The translations under genes were made by a program, and so were the position numbers. Shown in pieces: positions 8,628-16,211 of a stretch of 47,805 nucleotides of DNA; the first letter of the stretch is position 1, and each line of letters starts with the position of its first letter. Source of the DNA: Pseudobdellovibrionaceae bacterium (GTDB lineage: Bacteria; Bdellovibrionota; Bdellovibrionia; Bdellovibrionales; Bdellovibrionaceae); the NCBI GenBank assembly GCA_947374445.1, contig CANCBY010000001.1:1-47805 (forward strand). Reading direction: 5' to 3'. Below the pieces are notes generated by a model, which was not told where the DNA came from, made no database searches, and worked only from the letters and a program-made list of their open reading frames with translations.

Positions 8628-8945
8628 ATTCTTGAAACTTCTCACTTAGAATTTGAGTGGGACAAAGGAAATCAAAGCAAAAATAAAGAAAAGCATGGCA
8701 TCACGACCGAAGAAATAGAAGCCGTGTTTCGTTCAGGAGCTGCTCTTCCATTGGGTATTCAGATAAGTCCTGTTGTCAGTGAACAAAGACTTGGAATCGT
8801 TGGTCCCGCATTGAATGGAAAACTTCTTCAAATCGCTTTTACGCTACGTGAAGGCAAAGTTCGCCCTATCAGTGCAAGGCCAGCGCATCCAAAAGAAAGG
8901 AAACAGTATGAAGAAATCTTACGTAAAATCTCTAAAGGAGTATGA
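8628..8945 (+). CDS. brnT: BrnT-like (DUF497) ribonuclease toxin; no canonical start codon upstream of the conserved N-terminus, so possibly a pseudogene
   Basis: Open frame after TGA 8625-8627 translates ILETSHLEFEWDKGNQSKNKEKHGITTEEIEAVF...LLQIAFTLREGKVRPISARPAHPKERKQYEE. FEWD..K...N..KHG and R.ISAR.A...E...Y are DUF497 hallmarks. The first ATG/GTG/TTG in frame is GTG 8724, downstream of the FEWD/KHG motif. Confidence 0.6.
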   Translation: MLETSHLEFEWDKGNQSKNKEKHGITTEEIEAVFRSGAALPLGIQISPVVSEQRLGIVGPALNGKLLQIAFTLREGKVRPISARPAHPKERKQYEEILRKISKGV

Positions 8946-9150
8946 CAAACCTTTTGAATTTGAAGCTGACAAGATTCTTGCAGCAATGAAACGGTTTAAA
9001 GACTCAAAGAAAAAGCCAACAAGCATTGCTTTGGACGAAAAGACAATTCAAGAGCTAAAAAAGATCGCCGAGAAACAGGGAATTCCTTATCAGGTTTTGA
9101 TGCGTGTTTTGATTCTTGATGGTTTAGATCGTTTAAAGAAAGCAGCTTAA
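8908..9150 (+). CDS. brnA: BrnA-like antitoxin (ribbon-helix-helix C-terminus)
   Basis: ATG 8908 overlaps the end of the toxin ORF. The C-terminus KPTSIALDEKTIQELKKIAEKQGIPYQVLMRVLILDGLDRLKK is typical of BrnA antitoxins. Confidence 0.7.
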   Translation: MKKSYVKSLKEYDKPFEFEADKILAAMKRFKDSKKKPTSIALDEKTIQELKKIAEKQGIPYQVLMRVLILDGLDRLKKAA

Positions 9151-9157
9151 TTTTTTC

Positions 9158-9991
9158 ATGAAAAATGCAGAATTGAATCAAGTTGTTAATGAACTTAAAA
9201 AAGTAACTTTAGATTGCTTCAACGAAACATCATGTAATTGGAGCAATCAAGGCGTTTTTGGGACCCATTTTGATTGGCATTCATCTGTTCATGCGCATTG
9301 GATGTTGTTATCAAGTTCGCGAATTTTCAATGATACTGTCGTAGTTTCAAAAATTTTATCTCGATTTGATCGCTCTAATTTTGAATATGAACGTCAGTTA
9401 TTACTAAAAAATCCAAATTTTGAACTTCCCTATGGACAATCTTGGTTACTGCTGCTTTTGAGCGAATTAGAAAAACATGATGCTCAATTTGGTGAGCTAA
9501 AAAACGAAACTTTAACTAGGGTCAGTGGTTGGCTCAATCAAACTGAGTTTCCCCAAAAGTCTACTAATAGTTATCATTCTTGGTTGATTTCATACTTTCT
9601 TTTGCGAAAATCTGGTTTTCAATATCCTAATGAAATCGATACTAAATTTAGCATGGTGGATTTTGTCAGAGATGAAGATGATCCAAAGGATTTTTTTTCT
9701 TATGAAATTCTATTTTCACTTTTGAATGATTCGCCAAAATCCAAATTTGAATTTGATTTAATAAGGTTTCCAAAATCAATAACGATTCAAAATTGCCATG
9801 CAGTAGGTAAATTGATTAGTAATTCGTGGGCAACACCAGAAGTAAATAAGGACGCATTTCAAAATAGCTTAGAATTCACGAAAGCTTATTTGAACGAACC
9901 TTACCTATGGAAATGCGACTTTGACAGGTTAGGCCACTGGATTCCCCAATTTTTATGGGTTGGCCTGTGGCTATCACTTGGTGAATCATAA
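9158..9991 (+). CDS. DUF2891-like protein
   Basis: Motif HFDWHSSVHAHWML matches the FDWHSSVHGHW signature I recall for DUF2891. The gene is very AT-rich. Confidence 0.5.
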   Translation: MKNAELNQVVNELKKVTLDCFNETSCNWSNQGVFGTHFDWHSSVHAHWMLLSSSRIFNDTVVVSKILSRFDRSNFEYERQLLLKNPNFELPYGQSWLLLLLSELEKHDAQFGELKNETLTRVSGWLNQTEFPQKSTNSYHSWLISYFLLRKSGFQYPNEIDTKFSMVDFVRDEDDPKDFFSYEILFSLLNDSPKSKFEFDLIRFPKSITIQNCHAVGKLISNSWATPEVNKDAFQNSLEFTKAYLNEPYLWKCDFDRLGHWIPQFLWVGLWLSLGES

Positions 9992-10026
9992 ATTAAATTG
10001 AGCATTATCCAAATCGGGGTCGGGCA

Positions 10027-10044
10027 TGATGACAGATGATGACA
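10027..10044. repeat. paired TGATGACA octamers (tgatgaca-ga-tgatgaca) near the right end of the islet
   Basis: Read directly. Same orientation as the pair at 8527-8545. Confidence 0.85.
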
Positions 10045-10086
10045 CGCAAGATTGCGAATCCAAGAAAATCAAGGGGTTACGATGCG

Positions 10087-10103
10087 CCCGTCGGTCACCC
10101 CAA
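10087..10103. repeat. right copy of the 17-bp direct repeat cccgtcggtcaccccaa (attR-like partial tRNA-His 3' end)
   Basis: Identical to 8385-8401. The preceding gggttacgatgcg loosely resembles the tRNA T-arm. Confidence 0.9.
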
Positions 10104-10132
10104 TTTTATTCCAGTAAGAAAATCCCAAAGTC

Positions 10133-10453
10133 TTACCAGTCTCGGTAGCGGCCGATTCGATCCAGACGGCGGGTCATGGCCTCATAGCGAAGCCTGGCTT
10201 TGACCTCTTCTTCGTTGTGGAACTGAAAGGCCTGAGATTGATTGAATTTACTTCCAGGGAGATCATTTTCTCTGGTGGGGTCGAGTATAACTTCACGAGT
10301 TTGAGCGATCTCTCGGGGGGATTTTGCAGGCGAATCGGTCAATATTGGCTGCAATTGATTGTCTGGAGAGTTTTTGTCAGCCCTGGCGGCCAGAGGTAAA
10401 GCTAGGGCCGCAGCCGTTATAATGAGAGACAATTTCACTAGATGTTTTTTCAT
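10133..10453 (-). CDS. small secreted hypothetical protein
   Basis: Signal peptide MKKHLVKLSLIITAAALALPLAARA with no lipobox Cys. The mature part is charged and low in complexity. Confidence 0.5.
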   Translation of the reverse strand: MKKHLVKLSLIITAAALALPLAARADKNSPDNQLQPILTDSPAKSPREIAQTREVILDPTRENDLPGSKFNQSQAFQFHNEEEVKARLRYEAMTRRLDRIGRYRDW

Positions 10454-10544
10454 AAGACCTCGAGCCCTCAGGGCTTAAGATCTTATCGGAGAAACTAGAC
10501 AAAAGTTGAGGACTCAATTCTTGTCTCAAGATGAAACTCTTAAA

Positions 10545-11870
10545 TTACATCCACCAAGAAAGACCCAGCATGGCTGTGGTCCCTTTGTAGTTGTAGTTGC
10601 CAGTCGTCGATGTGTTGTCGTAGTTCGACGAGTTTGAGACGGTCTGTAGGTCCAAATAGCCCATCAGATTATTGGTAAACGCATGGTTTGTGTAAATGCC
10701 TGCAGTGATCTTGTTGTCTTTGCGAGCTTGGTATGCCGAAGAAGCAGCTTTAGCGTAAGTTTTTGAATCGTATCCCAAGGTAAAAGTCATATCAACAAAG
10801 CCCAAGTAACGAGTGTAAGTTAGGCCCACAGGATTTGAAGTGTAGCTTGATGTGTAGCTTGTGGTGTCTAGGTACTTGTATTGAGTCGCAGAAATGCTTA
10901 CGAGAAGGCGGTCTTCTTGGCTGCGATTCTCGAAGTACATTTGCGCCTGATTTTGCGATCCGCTCAAATATGTATACGAGGAAGTCTTGTTTGTCAGATT
11001 GGCAGCTTGGTAACTTACGCCGAAGTAGCTATCGCCATTGCGAACAGAGGCCTCAAGGCGACCACCAGCAGATTCAGAGTAAGCTGTGCCACCGTAAAAA
11101 TCTTTTGTGAACTCCGGAGAAATTTTAAAACGATAGTCGTCGATATAATATGAGTACGGAAGGCTTACTGTGTGCGAGTAGTAATTGCTGCTCGTTTGCA
11201 GAGTGTAAAAGCTGCCATAAAAATAATAGTCAAAACGAAGGTCCGAAGTTTTGTCGGCCAAGATAGAGTAGCCAGCTCCGCCTTTAGTGATTTGTGCTGC
11301 GTCTGTTCCATAGCCACTGACTGAGGTGTCGTTTGTTGAGCTTGGGTTGGTGTTACCACCCACGCTCACGTCAAATGAAGCTGAAAAGCTAGAAGGCTCT
11401 GGTGTAGGAGCAGGGGTTGGCTCTTGGGCTGGAGTTTCTGTGGTTGGAGCTGGAGTGGGTTCGGCCTTTGGAGCTTCGTCAGGATTGAGCTTTGCTTTGT
11501 AGTCGATAATAGACTGTTTGAAGTTGTCGGGAACAGTATTCAAATCAATTTGATTGATCAGTTTGCGAGCAACTTCGAGCCTATTGTTTTGCTCGTAAAC
11601 CAGGGCTTTGTAATAGATGGCAACAGGCGCCAGCGTGCTTTTTAGCGCGATCACTTTGTCATAAGCATCAACTGCGGCTTTCCATTTTTGGGCTTTTTGG
11701 TAGAGCACGCCTAGATTGAATTGAGCAAGAGCGCTGTTAGGGTTACTAGCTGCTTTTTCTTGCCATTGTGTAAGCTCAGAAGACTCAGTCTGTGCGAGAG
11801 TTTGCGAAGAGGTTAAGCTGATTGATGCTAAAACCAGTGCAAGTGTTGATGTGATGACCGTTGTTTTCAA
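10545..11870 (-). CDS. outer-membrane protein: N-terminal TPR module, Pro/Thr-rich linker, C-terminal predicted beta-barrel
   Basis: Signal peptide. TPR-like AQFNLGVLYQKAQKWKAAVDAYDKVIALKS...YYKALVYEQNNRLEVARKLI. Linker PKAEPTPAPTTETPAQEPTPAPTPEP. Then about 275 aa of alternating Tyr/Ser/Thr/Gly amphipathic strands ending LGLSWWM. Confidence 0.65.
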   Translation of the reverse strand: MKTTVITSTLALVLASISLTSSQTLAQTESSELTQWQEKAASNPNSALAQFNLGVLYQKAQKWKAAVDAYDKVIALKSTLAPVAIYYKALVYEQNNRLEVARKLINQIDLNTVPDNFKQSIIDYKAKLNPDEAPKAEPTPAPTTETPAQEPTPAPTPEPSSFSASFDVSVGGNTNPSSTNDTSVSGYGTDAAQITKGGAGYSILADKTSDLRFDYYFYGSFYTLQTSSNYYSHTVSLPYSYYIDDYRFKISPEFTKDFYGGTAYSESAGGRLEASVRNGDSYFGVSYQAANLTNKTSSYTYLSGSQNQAQMYFENRSQEDRLLVSISATQYKYLDTTSYTSSYTSNPVGLTYTRYLGFVDMTFTLGYDSKTYAKAASSAYQARKDNKITAGIYTNHAFTNNLMGYLDLQTVSNSSNYDNTSTTGNYNYKGTTAMLGLSWWM

Positions 11871-12140
11871 GCGAATTCTCCTCTTGAGCTTGTACGAGCT
11901 TGGTTGTGAACTAGAACTTTATTTAGTTTTACGAATTCAAACAGCTGTGAAAATTTTCATTCACAACCTCCAGCACTAGTTTTGAAATCCTCTCGTTGGC
12001 AGTCAATAGAATTTCGAAATTTTGTTGAGAAACAAGCCCGACTGTTTGTTTGTTTTTTTAAGCCTAAAGTCTATGTGGCGGTCGGAGATTGATCGCTTGA
12101 CCTCGGCTTAAACTTAACGACAATGATCTGGGAGCTTGAG

Positions 12141-12704
12141 ATGGCAAACAAAAGTAGCAGTTGGGATGTTTTGGTTCCTGCTGCAAAAAAAAATGATTCA
12201 GCGGCAATCACGGAGTTGATTGAACAGACTCAGAAATCGCTTTTTACGTTTTGTTTTCATCTGACTCATCACCGGCAAGCGGCTGAAGACCTCACTCATG
12301 ACACTTACCTAAAGGCTCTTAGATCCTTGCATCAGCTGGAGTCTCCGTCGGCGCTTTTGGCTTGGCTAAAAAAAATAGCGCGGAGTTTGTATTTGGATCT
12401 GTTGAGGTCTAGCGAAGGAAGTCTTGCTTCGTCTGTAATTTCTTTGGAGGCCCTGTCTCATTCTGAGACAGGGTTGGCTCAGGAAATTTGCACGGAAGAA
12501 AATAAAGAAGAAAATACAGCCGCGCTACAAGTGCTTAAAAAATTATCAGAAGAGGATCAGGTTATTCTCATTTTGATCGATATTCAGGGGTGCAGTTATC
12601 AAGAGGCCTCGCAAGTGCTTGAAATTCCAGAAGGAACAGTTAAGTCCAAGCTCAGCCGAGCCCGACAAAAATTTTCTTCGATTTTTAATGGAACAAAAAG
12701 CTGA
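12141..12704 (+). CDS. ECF-type RNA polymerase sigma-70 family factor
   Basis: Region 2 (AEDLTHDTYLKALRSL..., LAWLKKIARSLYLDLLR) and region 4 HTH (SYQEASQVLEIPEGTVKSKLSRARQKF). ATG 12141 follows GGGAG by 6 nt; the ORF-track start 12123 is also possible. Confidence 0.85.
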   Translation: MANKSSSWDVLVPAAKKNDSAAITELIEQTQKSLFTFCFHLTHHRQAAEDLTHDTYLKALRSLHQLESPSALLAWLKKIARSLYLDLLRSSEGSLASSVISLEALSHSETGLAQEICTEENKEENTAALQVLKKLSEEDQVILILIDIQGCSYQEASQVLEIPEGTVKSKLSRARQKFSSIFNGTKS

Positions 12705-12741
12705 GTTTCTACGTCTGAGTGTTTAATAGGAGAGAATTTCA

Positions 12742-13320
12742 ATGAGCGACAGTCAAAACTCTCAAGACTCGGGATCAGATTCAGCAGCGATTCGTGCATT
12801 GAGCGCACTTCGTTCTTTGAACCAATTGGATCTACAACCCTCCCCCTATTTGGTGGCGAGAATAAAGGCGGGACTAATGTCAGATATGAATAGAGTCTCA
12901 GCCCGCGGCTGGCTTCGCTATTTTTGGCCCGCGGTTTCGGCGGCTTTAGCTTGTGCCTTGGTTGTTGTGTTATCAGCGCGATCTGAACACCCAAATGAGG
13001 AGATTGCTTCTTATGTTGTTGGGCAAGACTATTTGATTCGTGTCGATATTCGATCTGTTCACCAGACCGATGTTGCCTATGCAGAGATTGTTTTGCAGGA
13101 TGAGAACCTGCAATTTTCATCGCAGCAATTTGCGGATGTGAAAGAGCTGAGAAAACTTGTCATTGAGTGGCAGCAGTTGACAGACAAACAGTATTTGCCC
13201 ATCGTAGTGCAAGGGCTCAAAGCAGGGACTTCGCAAGTGACGGTGAATTTTTATGATAAAAATAATAATGTGATTTTAACAAAAGAGATGCCTCTTTCTT
13301 TTAAAGGAAAAAACATATGA
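12742..13320 (+). CDS. putative anti-sigma factor (single-pass membrane protein)
   Basis: Lies immediately downstream of the ECF sigma. One central TM (YFWPAVSAALACALVVVLSA) with an extracytoplasmic C-terminal domain. Assignment is by position and topology only. Confidence 0.45.
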   Translation: MSDSQNSQDSGSDSAAIRALSALRSLNQLDLQPSPYLVARIKAGLMSDMNRVSARGWLRYFWPAVSAALACALVVVLSARSEHPNEEIASYVVGQDYLIRVDIRSVHQTDVAYAEIVLQDENLQFSSQQFADVKELRKLVIEWQQLTDKQYLPIVVQGLKAGTSQVTVNFYDKNNNVILTKEMPLSFKGKNI

Positions 13321-13868
13321 ATACGCAACTGAATATACAGCTAAGAACAACATTAGCAGCACTTGTTTTTCTTTCGGGTGTTTGGGCTCAGGCTCAATCT
13401 CAAAACTCGCGCAACAACTCACAAGGTGGCAGCGGTCGACAGGATATTAGACAAGATATTAAAATGGCGACCAGCGAAGACATTCGAGAGTTTGATAAAC
13501 TTTTGACTCCACAAAAAAGCGCGGGTCAAAAACCGGGTGCCCTTGCCGGGCAGCAGGGCGGTCAACAAAATGGTGATCAGAAGCAAGGACAAAACCAAGG
13601 ACAAAAAGATTCAAAACAGGGTGGTGTAGATCAGGGTGGTCCACGAGAGCGTTTCAATCGCCCAGCAGGTGGATATGACACCCGAATGGCAGGTAATCAG
13701 CAGGGTGGAGGCAATCAGCAGCATCGCAGAGAGCTTGAGCCTGGAGCTCGCCCTGACGGAAGACCTCCTGGACCGCAAGGTTTGCTTGGCGCTCCATCTG
13801 GTGCACCGCCACCGCCTCCTCCTACAACTGGCCAGTTGCCACCACCACCACCACCACCGCCGCAGTAA
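13317..13868 (+). CDS. secreted low-complexity Gly/Gln/Asn-rich protein with a poly-proline tail
   Basis: ATGA overlap with the upstream gene. Signal peptide LAALVFLSGVWAQAQS. GQQGGQQNGDQKQGQNQGQKD tracts. C-terminus PPPPPPTTGQLPPPPPPPPQ. Confidence 0.55.
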   Translation: MNTQLNIQLRTTLAALVFLSGVWAQAQSQNSRNNSQGGSGRQDIRQDIKMATSEDIREFDKLLTPQKSAGQKPGALAGQQGGQQNGDQKQGQNQGQKDSKQGGVDQGGPRERFNRPAGGYDTRMAGNQQGGGNQQHRRELEPGARPDGRPPGPQGLLGAPSGAPPPPPPTTGQLPPPPPPPPQ

Positions 13869-13931
13869 TTTATTGCTGAATTTTTAGTATAAGTTGCAAC
13901 TGAATTTATAGTTTTTAGGAGCGCGCACTCA

Positions 13932-16178
13932 ATGAATGACAATGATTGGTGGACCGGGCTGCGGCCCGAGTTTGGTGTCTGCCCAGGTGTTGGTAGCGAC
14001 AATACTATTCGGTCGCTGCCACAGCTGAAATTCGAAGGTCTCTGTCGACAAGATGTCTTAGATTATTTTGATAACACGTGGACTCTGACTGAGGTTTTAT
14101 TTTCGGGGCTTCAATCTGAAGAGGCCTTTACTCGCCCACCAGAGCATCAATTGCGTCATCCTTTAATCTTTTATTACGGTCATCCTGCGTGTCTTTATGT
14201 CAACAAATTGCGTGTGGCCGGATTGATAGAAGCTCCCGTAAATGAAAACTTTGAAAAAATTTTCGAAGTGGGTGTTGATGAAATGTCTTGGGATGACATG
14301 TCCAAAAATCAGATGCGTTGGCCGTCTGTTCGCGAGATTAAAAAGTACCGCTCCCAAGTGTATCAGTTAGTAAAAAGTTTGATTTTAGAACATCCGGATT
14401 TAGATCCAGCGGTAGTTCAGTTTGGTCCGGCTGTCTCGGCTTGGGCATTGGTCATGGCGTTTGAGCATGAGCGAATTCACTTAGAGACCTCATCCGTTTT
14501 GATGCGAGAAATGCCTATTGGATTTCTAAAGACGCCGGATCATTGGCCAAAAGTGAACCTTAGAAATTTTGATTCGTCGTTTATTTTAAAGAATAAAACT
14601 ATCAGTATCGATTCGGGTGAAGTCAAAATTGGCAAAGGTTTAGCTGAGCTTAGTTTTGGTTGGGACAATGAATACGGTCACAGAGCTTTGCAAGTACCGG
14701 CCTTTAAATCGGCGGCAGCACTGATTAGCAATGCCGAGTTTTTGGAGTTCGTCAAAGAGGGCGGGTATAGAGACCCTAGCTACTGGTCAGAACATGGTTG
14801 GAAGTGGCGAAGTTTTAGAAATACCAAAGCTCCAACATTTTGGGTTTCGGTGGGTCCAGCGGGACTTCATGAATATAAAATTAGAACTATATTTGAGGAA
14901 GTGGGCTTTCAACCAGAGTGGCCAGTGATCGCCAACTTTTACGAAGCAGAAGCATTTTGCCAATGGAAAACACAAAAAGAGCAAGTGGCTTCTCCATATC
15001 GTTTGATGAGCGAGGCTGAGCATTATCGTTTGCGCGCTCATATTGATCAAGTGAAGAGCAAGCAGGACTGGAACTTAGGTCTGAAGTTTGGCAGTGAGGT
15101 CTCAGTCCACGCCCACTCGGCAGGCGGCCTTTCGGATGTATTTGGAAATGTTTGGCAATGGTGTGAAGATACATTCAATCCATTGCCAGGCTTTGAAGCT
15201 CATCCCTACTATGAAGATTTTAGCACGCCTTGCTTTGATGGGCGACATCAAATGATCATGGGCGGTTCCTTTGCGAGCACAGGCGATGAAGCTGAAAAGT
15301 ATGCGCGTTTTCATTTTCGGCCTCATTTTTTTCAGCACGCTGGTTTTCGTGTAGTGCAAAGTTTAGATGCTTCATCGGCAAAAACCTCGTTTCATCCTGG
15401 TCAGTATGAAAGCTCTGAGCTTTTGTCGCAGTATTTGCTTTTGCATTTTGCCGAAGCTCAGGATGTTTTACTTCCATCACTCAAAAGTCAGGGACCAAAT
15501 CAAGCTTTAGGTTTTCCGCAGCGCTGTGCTGATGTTGTTGTATCTCACAGTCAAAGGCTGGGCCTTTCGATGCAAAAGGCTTTAGATTTGGGTTGCGCAG
15601 TGGGTGGATCGAGCTTCTCTCTCAGTCAAAATTTTCAACATGTGGTGGGTGTGGATTTGAGTGCCTCATTTATTTCAGCGGCAGAGAGACTTAAGAACAA
15701 TGAAGAGATCTCTTATTTTCGCAAGGACCAAGGGGATCTTAAAACTGCACTCAAAGTTCGACGGCCCGAATCTTCGTGTCCAGAGCGGATTGATTTTCGT
15801 GTGGGCGATGCGTGTCACCTCTCGGCAGACCTTTTGGGCTTTGATGCTGTTCTATTAGCGAATTTATTATGTCGACTGCCGGAGCCAGAGATTTGCTTGC
15901 GAAATATGTCAGGTCCTAATGGATTGGTAAAGCAAGGCGGACTTTTAGTTTTGGTATCTCCTTATTCTTGGCTGCCTGAGCACACCGATTCAAGCAAGTG
16001 GCTTGGCGGTCAAATGAAGAATGGAGAAAAGCAAGAGAGTTCGAAAGTCATTGGCAAAATCCTTCAGGATGATTTTGAGTTGCTAGAAGAGGGTGAGATG
16101 CCACTTTTGATTCGCGAGCATGCACGCAAATATCAATATATAGTTTCAAACTTAATGGTTTGGCAGCGAAAGAAATAG
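13932..16178 (+). CDS. ovoA: 5-histidylcysteine sulfoxide synthase / 4-mercaptohistidine N1-methyltransferase (ovothiol synthase OvoA)
   Basis: Tri-domain layout. DinB-like N-terminus with the iron motif HERIHLE (H-x3-H-x-E). FGE-sulfatase domain (GNVWQWCEDTF..., MGGSFAS). C-terminal SAM methyltransferase (ALDLGCAVGGSSFSLS). The length of 748 aa fits OvoA. Confidence 0.85.
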   Translation: MNDNDWWTGLRPEFGVCPGVGSDNTIRSLPQLKFEGLCRQDVLDYFDNTWTLTEVLFSGLQSEEAFTRPPEHQLRHPLIFYYGHPACLYVNKLRVAGLIEAPVNENFEKIFEVGVDEMSWDDMSKNQMRWPSVREIKKYRSQVYQLVKSLILEHPDLDPAVVQFGPAVSAWALVMAFEHERIHLETSSVLMREMPIGFLKTPDHWPKVNLRNFDSSFILKNKTISIDSGEVKIGKGLAELSFGWDNEYGHRALQVPAFKSAAALISNAEFLEFVKEGGYRDPSYWSEHGWKWRSFRNTKAPTFWVSVGPAGLHEYKIRTIFEEVGFQPEWPVIANFYEAEAFCQWKTQKEQVASPYRLMSEAEHYRLRAHIDQVKSKQDWNLGLKFGSEVSVHAHSAGGLSDVFGNVWQWCEDTFNPLPGFEAHPYYEDFSTPCFDGRHQMIMGGSFASTGDEAEKYARFHFRPHFFQHAGFRVVQSLDASSAKTSFHPGQYESSELLSQYLLLHFAEAQDVLLPSLKSQGPNQALGFPQRCADVVVSHSQRLGLSMQKALDLGCAVGGSSFSLSQNFQHVVGVDLSASFISAAERLKNNEEISYFRKDQGDLKTALKVRRPESSCPERIDFRVGDACHLSADLLGFDAVLLANLLCRLPEPEICLRNMSGPNGLVKQGGLLVLVSPYSWLPEHTDSSKWLGGQMKNGEKQESSKVIGKILQDDFELLEEGEMPLLIREHARKYQYIVSNLMVWQRKK

Positions 16179-16211
16179 CAAGGTCAATTTTTTGCCGAAA
16201 GGCTCTACTGT

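Larger units (their letters stand above)
8401..10103. mobile_element. about 1.7-kb tRNA-His-associated genomic islet (integrase-less remnant) carrying brnT/brnA-like and DUF2891-like genes
   Basis: Bounded by a duplication of the tRNA 3' end. The interior is visibly more AT-rich than the flanks. The cargo is a TA module. No recombinase ORF is present. Confidence 0.55.

Noticed and set aside
8401-10103. The islet as an active prophage or ICE.
   Set aside because: It is only 1.7 kb and has no integrase, excisionase, replication, structural or conjugation genes. It is at most a remnant or a trans-mobilised cassette.
11895-11950. Possible ECF-type promoter (GAACTT ... CGAAT) upstream of the sigma-factor gene.
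   Set aside because: The spacing between the AAC and CGA elements is about 14 nt, not the usual 16-17. It lies about 200 bp from the start, and I have no consensus for this sigma.
13715-14002. 95-aa minus-strand ORF with a poly-Gly run.
   Set aside because: It is the mirror image of the poly-Pro coding tract of the plus-strand gene and overlaps the ovoA start. Antisense artefact.
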